From positions 32,001 through 96,000 of the forward strand of contig CAXGWI010000001.1 in NCBI GenBank assembly GCA_964013405.1: a stretch of DNA of 64,000 bases, in the 5' to 3' direction. Position numbers and translations under genes: made by a program. Position 1 is the stretch's first letter. Each line of letters starts with the position of its first letter. A model generated the notes under the pieces. The model was not told the origin of the DNA, ran no database searches, and saw nothing but the letters and a program-made list of their open reading frames with translations. Below, one piece after another: positions 63,448 to 64,000 of the stretch. This DNA is from an uncultured Myxococcales bacterium (GTDB lineage Bacteria; Myxococcota; UBA4151).

Positions 63448-64000
63448 ATGAAGGGCACATTTTTGCAGCGCGCTGGCCCAGCCTTTTGGATCCTCTGGGC
63501 CACCATCGGTCTCGCACTGGGAGCCGCCTTCTTTCAAGGCCCCCTGCTGCCGCTGCGCGATCTGCCCGACCACCTGGCCCTCATCAGCCTTCTCGACCAC
63601 AGCCGAGTGGCTGACTCGCTCGCTAGCGAACACTATCTGATCCAGTGGACACCAGTTCCCTATTGGGTCTTCTACGGTAGCGTCTGGCTCGTCGCTCGAT
63701 TCGTCGATTACCTGACCGCCGTCCAGTGGGTGCTCTTTGCCACCATGCTGCTGACGCCCCTCGCCTTGGCCCACCTGTTTCGAACCTGTGGTCGAGATGG
63801 GCGCTGGGCGCTCCTCAGCATGCCCCTATTTTTCAACCACAACCTGATGTGGGGGTGGGTCAGCTACTGCATGGCCATCCCCATCCTCGCCATGGCCTTG
63901 GCCGCCTGGATTGCTTACCGGCGCCGACAAGGCTCGGCCCGCGCCCTCGCTCTTTGGTCCTGTTGTCTCTTTCTCGCCCACGCCCAGGCGGCCGCCTTTT
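63448..64000 (+). CDS. Polytopic membrane protein, possibly GT-C-like (partial, runs off the window)
   Basis: Manual translation MKGTFLQRAGPAFWILW..PLRDLPDHLA..PYW..WGWVSY..; frame open to 64000. Confidence 0.65.
   Translation, partial: MKGTFLQRAGPAFWILWATIGLALGAAFFQGPLLPLRDLPDHLALISLLDHSRVADSLASEHYLIQWTPVPYWVFYGSVWLVARFVDYLTAVQWVLFATMLLTPLALAHLFRTCGRDGRWALLSMPLFFNHNLMWGWVSYCMAIPILAMALAAWIAYRRRQGSARALALWSCCLFLAHAQAAAF

Noticed and set aside
1..64000. Prophage, IS, integron, tRNA/rRNA, toxin-antitoxin or defence systems
   Set aside because: No recognisable motifs or composition shift seen by eye; a short ncRNA could have been missed without a covariance-model search

Overview
A GC-rich, gene-dense chromosomal window with about 53 CDS. 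It is most likely from a Myxococcota or deltaproteobacterial genome, inferred from a GltJ/AgmX-like protein, a MXAN_5808-like S41 protease, DUF4388 and Cys-rich lipoproteins, and Myxococcus-type LexA boxes. I saw no rRNA, tRNA, CRISPR, integrase or transposase. Housekeeping content includes recA, hslO, mltG, ruvX, lptFG, tsaD, gdh, murA, murJ, mazG, ybeY, slyX, add and guaD. Notable parts: (1) a phasin-like/Rho_N gene behind three pseudo-palindromic operators spaced exactly 24 bp apart; (2) a satellite microcompartment locus (two EutN/CcmL pentamers plus a class II aldolase) directly downstream of a gltJ/agmX-like gene; (3) a complete ftpABCDE-like type III PKS cluster abutting the murA-murJ-mazG-HD-ybeY run and split by an internal promoter with an SOS-box-like palindrome; (4) a GltD-like TPR/non-catalytic FGE fusion lipoprotein; (5) an ArsA/Get3 pair with complementary degenerate motifs; (6) a GT2-AsnB-GT-C envelope locus; (7) a 47-Cys repeat lipoprotein. 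All assignments come from motif recognition by eye; no database searches were run. Several start codons were moved from the ORF track using RBS and overlap evidence.
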